Made by a program: the position numbers and the translations under genes. The notes beneath the pieces were generated by a model. The model was not told the origin of the DNA, made no database searches, and was given only the letters and a program-made list of their open reading frames with translations. Shown in pieces: positions 59,263 to 64,000 of a stretch of 64,000 nt of DNA. Each line of letters starts with the position of its first letter. The first letter of the stretch is position 1. Origin of the DNA: Coniocarpon cinnabarinum (taxonomy: Eukaryota); assembly GCA_051942205.1 (NCBI GenBank), contig JAVECO010000115.1:1-64000 (forward strand), read 5' to 3'.

Positions 59263-62157
59263 GTACTATGCTTCAACGGACCCACAACTTTTTCGAATCA
59301 ACATGACTCAGTCTCCACCCCTTACATGATGACGCCCGGCTTTTATTTCGCGTTCATACATGGATGTCTACAGCCTATTCTGTTTAATGAAGATTGCAGA
59401 AGAGCATAGCGTTTGGGTACTTGACATTTACGAAGCAAGATGCATACGACATTGCGTTTAGGGCTTTTTGGCCTATCACCACGTACTACGAACGTTACGG
59501 AAGAAAGGCAACACAGATATCTTGGCGTGGCAAAAAGGGATTTAGATCTACCAATAGCGGGACGCAAATGTAAGAAAATAGTTACAAAATCTGTATGATA
59601 CAATACACGTGGCGAAAGATCATTGTATTAATATTTCGGGAAATCTATCGGTGTAATCACTGGTCAAAACAGACATTGTTTTCGAGGTCATGATCACACC
59701 TATCTGGGTACATTGCAAACGGCATGTCCAAGGCTCACGACTCATGCAGTGTCGGTCTCAGCAAAGATGCCAGGTGTAGAACTAAGGAAATGTGGATTTT
59801 TTTAGGTGAGTCCCACGTCCACAAGTTGTGTGGCAAAAGTTGTGTTCTGCTAACAACCATGAACCAAATCGTTAAGACCCGTCAAGGTGCGCAGATGTGA
59901 AGACTTCGTCCTTCAGCGTCATGAATGTTAAACCATGTAGCAGGGAGCATGACCTGACCTCGATAGTAAATGCCAAGTCAGGCAGGTACTTGGGCTTTTG
60001 ACTGTACGAATGAACGCTCTTTTCTGTTCGCCCCTCGCAAGTCGGTTTGACAGCTCAACAAACTTCGCAGCTGTCATCAATGGTGGAAAGATTGTCATTA
60101 AGTCGCGAGTCTTCCTATGAAGCTTGGCGTTGAGATGCGCCGGAGACGTCTCATTACAGTCGGGTTTGAAAAGCCTCGCTTCTCATGGATATCACACCTC
60201 TTGGCGATCTCGAGGAACGCCAGCGTCGACGACCAGCTTTGAGATACTCGAGTTGACTTGCATGTGTGGCAGCACTATCTGAATGCTCCGATAGCGGTAA
60301 GTGCCGGCGGCCTTTTTCCAATGAGAGCCGCAAAGGAATCACGTCCTTCCTCAACTCGGGGAATGAGAAGCACCTCTGTGATTATATGCCGGTAGCATGA
60401 GAGATCTTCAAATGGTGTGGTAAGCCGCAGGGTAACCACTCGGCCGACGCCTGGAAACCACAGCTGTTGGATCGTCGCTGTCTTTTTGGCAGTGGCAAGA
60501 GTATCGTCCTCCAAAGTTTCATCAGGCATTTAGCCTCTTTCACTTGATATCGCAGAAACATCTGGACCGCTGCTGGCTCCTTACTGTGCCTTTAATCCAA
60601 AGGAAAACGTGCTTACACCGGTGCACATGGCCTCAACAGCTCAATCAATCGCGCTCTGGCCACACGCCTGTGTGAGTACAACTAATTATTAGTCAATCGG
60701 CAATGTTCGTCGTATTATGGCCGTGTCCATCTCTTTCAAAAACCCAATGATGTCTTGGTCACATCTTACTGACTTCGAGTGTCTGGCCTCCCCAAGTTCC
60801 TGCCTTTTGGCTTATTACTGTGACCCTCACACTCTTGGGCCTGGATCCGCCTTTCCATCTGCTGGCTGGCACAAATGGGCTTTTGCATGGAGATGTGAAC
60901 CGATGCGCGTTTCTTGCGTTTAAGGAGTCAGAATCCACCGTGTTTTCTTTGGCAATACCAGAGGTCTTTTGGGTGACGTGTTCTGTCCTGGCTCCAAACT
61001 TTTCATCATCTGCATACTGATCATCCCCGTCGGTGTCAGGGGTATTTAGCTCATTGCCAATACTATGTTGGGAGAAGAGACATTGCAAAGGCCACGTGGG
61101 AGCTCTTCCGCTGGATGTAGCACATTTGTCGAATCAATCAGGCGATCGTGTGTCGACGATGGCTGGTATCGTCATCATCGTCGATCATCTATTCTGGGTG
61201 TGTTAGCGATCGATTGCGCCAAAAGAGAATGCTGATGGTGTTCAAATCGTGAAGCCAGCCTTTCAGAAGACAGGCCCACTTGAGAGCCACCCATTCATTC
61301 CCTCTTCCATACTTGACCAACTGTTGAAACTGGCGTTGAGCGACGTAATGGATGTCCTGCAGAACATCCGCAGGAATGCTTTCCTGTCGCCATCTCCATC
61401 TTCTGGAGTGGATCGATTGTCTGAGGCGCGGACCCTCTTGTGTTCGGAATCGTTTCTTGACTCTCACTCGACCGGTTCTCCGTGGCTCATACAAAAGTCT
61501 GCCATGTAAACCGTCACTTTTATCCGCTATGCTTCATAGAAGCAGAAGCTCTTGTAGCGACCACCATTGGTCTCTGGAGTCGACTGGACGGGACGCCACT
61601 CTGCTCATGCACGGCTTTCGCCGAACATAACATCGATGTTCTGAGCCTCGTCATCGACGCATTGGCTTCACACCATTGCTCAGCTGGCTGCTCGTTGCCA
61701 CAGGTGCTCTTTACAGTTGCAAAAACATCGAGCAAGGTTTGAGACTGTGAAGGCTTAATTTGCGGCCTGCTCATTGCGAGCAACCTCACTGTAAATCGCT
61801 GGGGCTTTTGGCTTCCTCTGGCTGGCCTCACTACTTTATTGGCAAAACTGATTAAGAAAAGCAAGCTCATCGCAATGCAGCAACAAAACGTGAAAAACGA
61901 CGGCCCTGTTAAATGCATGAGCAATGGGTGCGATTTTGCAAGGTGGCAGCCAAGGTGTTGCTGGGGTTTTAGGGCCGTTGCTTGGGCTTTTGCCTCTTGA
62001 CTGTCACTGTCCCAGGTGATCGTACACCTGCCACGGCAACGCGTTGGCTTTTTGCCCGCTCCTCACCTCTTCTACCACCGTCAAGCTTTGTTGAATTGCC
62101 TCTCTCCAAATCTATCTCCGCTACGCTTAGACCATAACTTCTCCCTTCACTATCAAC

Positions 62158-63070
62158 ATGGACGCAGCTCGATCGAACGCAGACACTTCTCCTGATGCCT
62201 TTGCGGCTGAATTGGCCGCCAGGCTTGAACGCCTTGGTGCCGACTCTGACAGTACCCAAGAGATGCGCACCGATGCTCCGGAAGATCCACCACCAGCACC
62301 GCCGAATACCCCGACCCCTGATGTCCTCGACTGCTTGGACGTGATCCTGAAACTCCCCGCCTTGCACCATTGCACCCCGGAGTCGTCGGGGACCGAGTAC
62401 GACCAGTACCTCGAGAAACTCAATGAATTCAGGATCGCGAACGTTGTCTCCGCTAACCCCAACAGAGCGCTCGTAAGTGGAAATTCCTGTTCTTCTCCTT
62501 TGACGACGAAAGACCGTATTGTGATGATGATGGTTGTTCAAGCCCATTAAATAGATAGCCAGCTGACAGTTGTCATTCTAGGCTATTTGGGTCGACGAGG
62601 AAAGACGGCGCACGAGCATCGATGCGGCCAAGGGCATCGTCAAGTGGGGGCATGGTAGGGAAATGGCGGGGGTCGCCGCTGAATTCGCGCTTGCCATCAT
62701 GGACCGTGAGTGGGAGGAAGAAGGCATGCATGGGGATCTCCGCGACTTCGAGGCGCGCTGGGAGAGCCTCATCGAGAAGGCTCACGACATGGCCGGCAAC
62801 CTCCAATTGGACCATGCCGATCGCAACGGGTGGGGCACGTTCACACGGCCGTGGCGCGCTGCATGGTATCGCAATTGCTTCCGCAAAGCGTCCGATGACC
62901 GGTGGTACGAGGAGTGGTGGGCAAAAGTTGTGGAGAAGGGGCTCTCCATGGAATTGGAGGATGGGGAGGTGATAGTGTGTAGGCCTGGCTACGGCCAGGA
63001 CTATATGACGCCCAAGCAGGCGTGGCGGCTCTATCGCGCTTTTAATTGCCCAGATTGGTTCTGGGAGTGA
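62158..63070 (+). CDS. Hypothetical protein (about 267 aa, 2 exons) with a Trp-rich C-terminal half
   Basis: caacATG start; intron 62473-62581 (GTAAGT..GCTGAC..TAG) joins ORFs 62158 and 62663 in frame. Confidence 0.72.
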
Positions 63071-63095
63071 GCTCAACGAAAGAGAAAAGTTGAGC

Positions 63096-63614
63096 AGCTT
63101 GTACGATAGGCAGAATACATACCACAGGCCGACGAGTACGGTGACGATCGGCTTTTACCAGTAATCAGACGCTGAATTGTAGTGCGGCTGGGGCTGCATA
63201 ATGCCATCAACCCGACTTATCACTCAAGCGGGTGGTGAAAATTCCCAATCTCTCCATCCATCAAAAGTCGAAGAGCCCGTACGATAAGTACAATTCAGGC
63301 CACAGACCAACGAGTACAGCGACCATCGGCCTTTGCCAGTAATTAGACGCTGAATTATAGGACGGCTAGGGCTGCATAATGCCGTCAAGACTTCTCACTC
63401 CAGTGGGTCGAGAAAATTCCTAATCTCCCTATCCATTAAGAGTCGCCGAGCTTGTACGATAAGTACAATTCAGGCCCCAGACCGACGAGCACAGCGACCA
63501 TCGGCCCTTATCAATGATTAGACGCTGAATTATCGTGCAGCAAGGGCTGCATGACGCCATCAAGACTTCTCACTCCAGCGGGTCGTGAAAATTCCCAATC
63601 TCCCCATCCATCAA
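63096..63614. repeat. Three diverged tandem copies of a roughly 175-bp unit
   Basis: Anchor GTACGATA recurs at 63101, 63279 and 63454 (periods 178 and 175); shared blocks AGACGCTGAATT, GGGCTGCAT, GAAAATTCC and ATCCAT. Confidence 0.95.
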
Positions 63615-64000
63615 CTTCTGCGCTTTGTCCCATGCCTCTGTGTTCAACTCGACCCACCCCTCACTCCGTAGACTCGCCAGTCCCTCCTTCTCCACCCGTT
63701 CCACCAGCGGCGCCACTTTGCCGGCGATGTGCGGCCCACGGAAGCCAAAGTGCTTGTACGCTACTTCGCCCGGTAGACTCTGTCCGAATGTGCACATGCC
63801 GTAGCCTGCATCCGCGTACCGCTCCCAGCCATTCATGGAGTATGCTTCCACGGCTACGACGGTTGTGGCCTGTCGACGCAGAACCTCGGCTTTGTATTCT
63901 TTGCTCTGGCGGTCGAAGATGCGCCAGCATGGCAGACTGACCACTCGTGCAGGGATGTTACGCTCAGCGAGTCGATCCGCCGCGTCAACTGCGAAGCGCA
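63570..64000 (-). CDS. Transketolase / dihydroxyacetone synthase-like protein, C-terminal part (5' end outside the window)
   Basis: ARVVSLPCWRIFDRQSKEYKAEVL, VAVEAYSMNGWERYADAG and TFGQSLPGEVAYKHFGF match the transketolase C-terminal domain. Confidence 0.9.
   Translation of the reverse strand, partial: RFAVDAADRLAERNIPARVVSLPCWRIFDRQSKEYKAEVLRRQATTVVAVEAYSMNGWERYADAGYGMCTFGQSLPGEVAYKHFGFRGPHIAGKVAPLVERVEKEGLASLRSEGWVELNTEAWDKAQKLMDGEIGNFHDPLE

Noticed and set aside
59700..61950. Possible pseudogene or spliced lncRNA (intron-like GTGAGT..GCTAAC..AAG near 59806-59876; broken minus-strand ORFs)
   Set aside because: I could not assemble a coherent reading frame or recognise any domain.
63096..63614. 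CRISPR-like array
   Set aside because: The units are contiguous diverged 175-bp duplications with no unique spacers, the context is eukaryotic, and there are no cas genes.

Overview
This is gene-dense genomic DNA from a filamentous ascomycete (Pezizomycotina-type short GT-AG introns with CTRAC branch sites). I found no tRNA, rRNA, CRISPR array or intact transposon. The recognisable housekeeping genes are SEC16, an OPT/YSL-type transporter, spherulin-4 (GH135), GABA transaminase, a PTH11-like membrane protein, CEG1, CBP3, MID1, MED6, an atypical SDR, PPT1/PP5, SPT4, RCE1, RFC4, an MFS sugar porter, a yapsin-like protease, a DOMON/cytochrome b561 protein, a NiCoT nickel permease and the 3' end of a transketolase. 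The most striking result is absent from the ORF track. Two divergently transcribed, intron-split, paralogous pre-pro-peptide genes lie between SEC16 and the OPT gene (6839-7300 minus, 7981-8395 plus). Both have a 44-nt first exon, an intron splitting the same Trp codon and a Kex2-like site. Each predicts a 30-31 aa Trp-rich mature peptide with one Cys pair (x7-CP-x5-WxW-x3-P-x5/6-C-x3). Other oddities are a tandem pair of orphan genes sharing an unnamed domain, a spliced and highly structured minus-strand transcript with abutting introns at the left edge, and a triplicated transketolase 3' end with RIP-like changes. All gene models and family assignments were read by eye; no searches were run.
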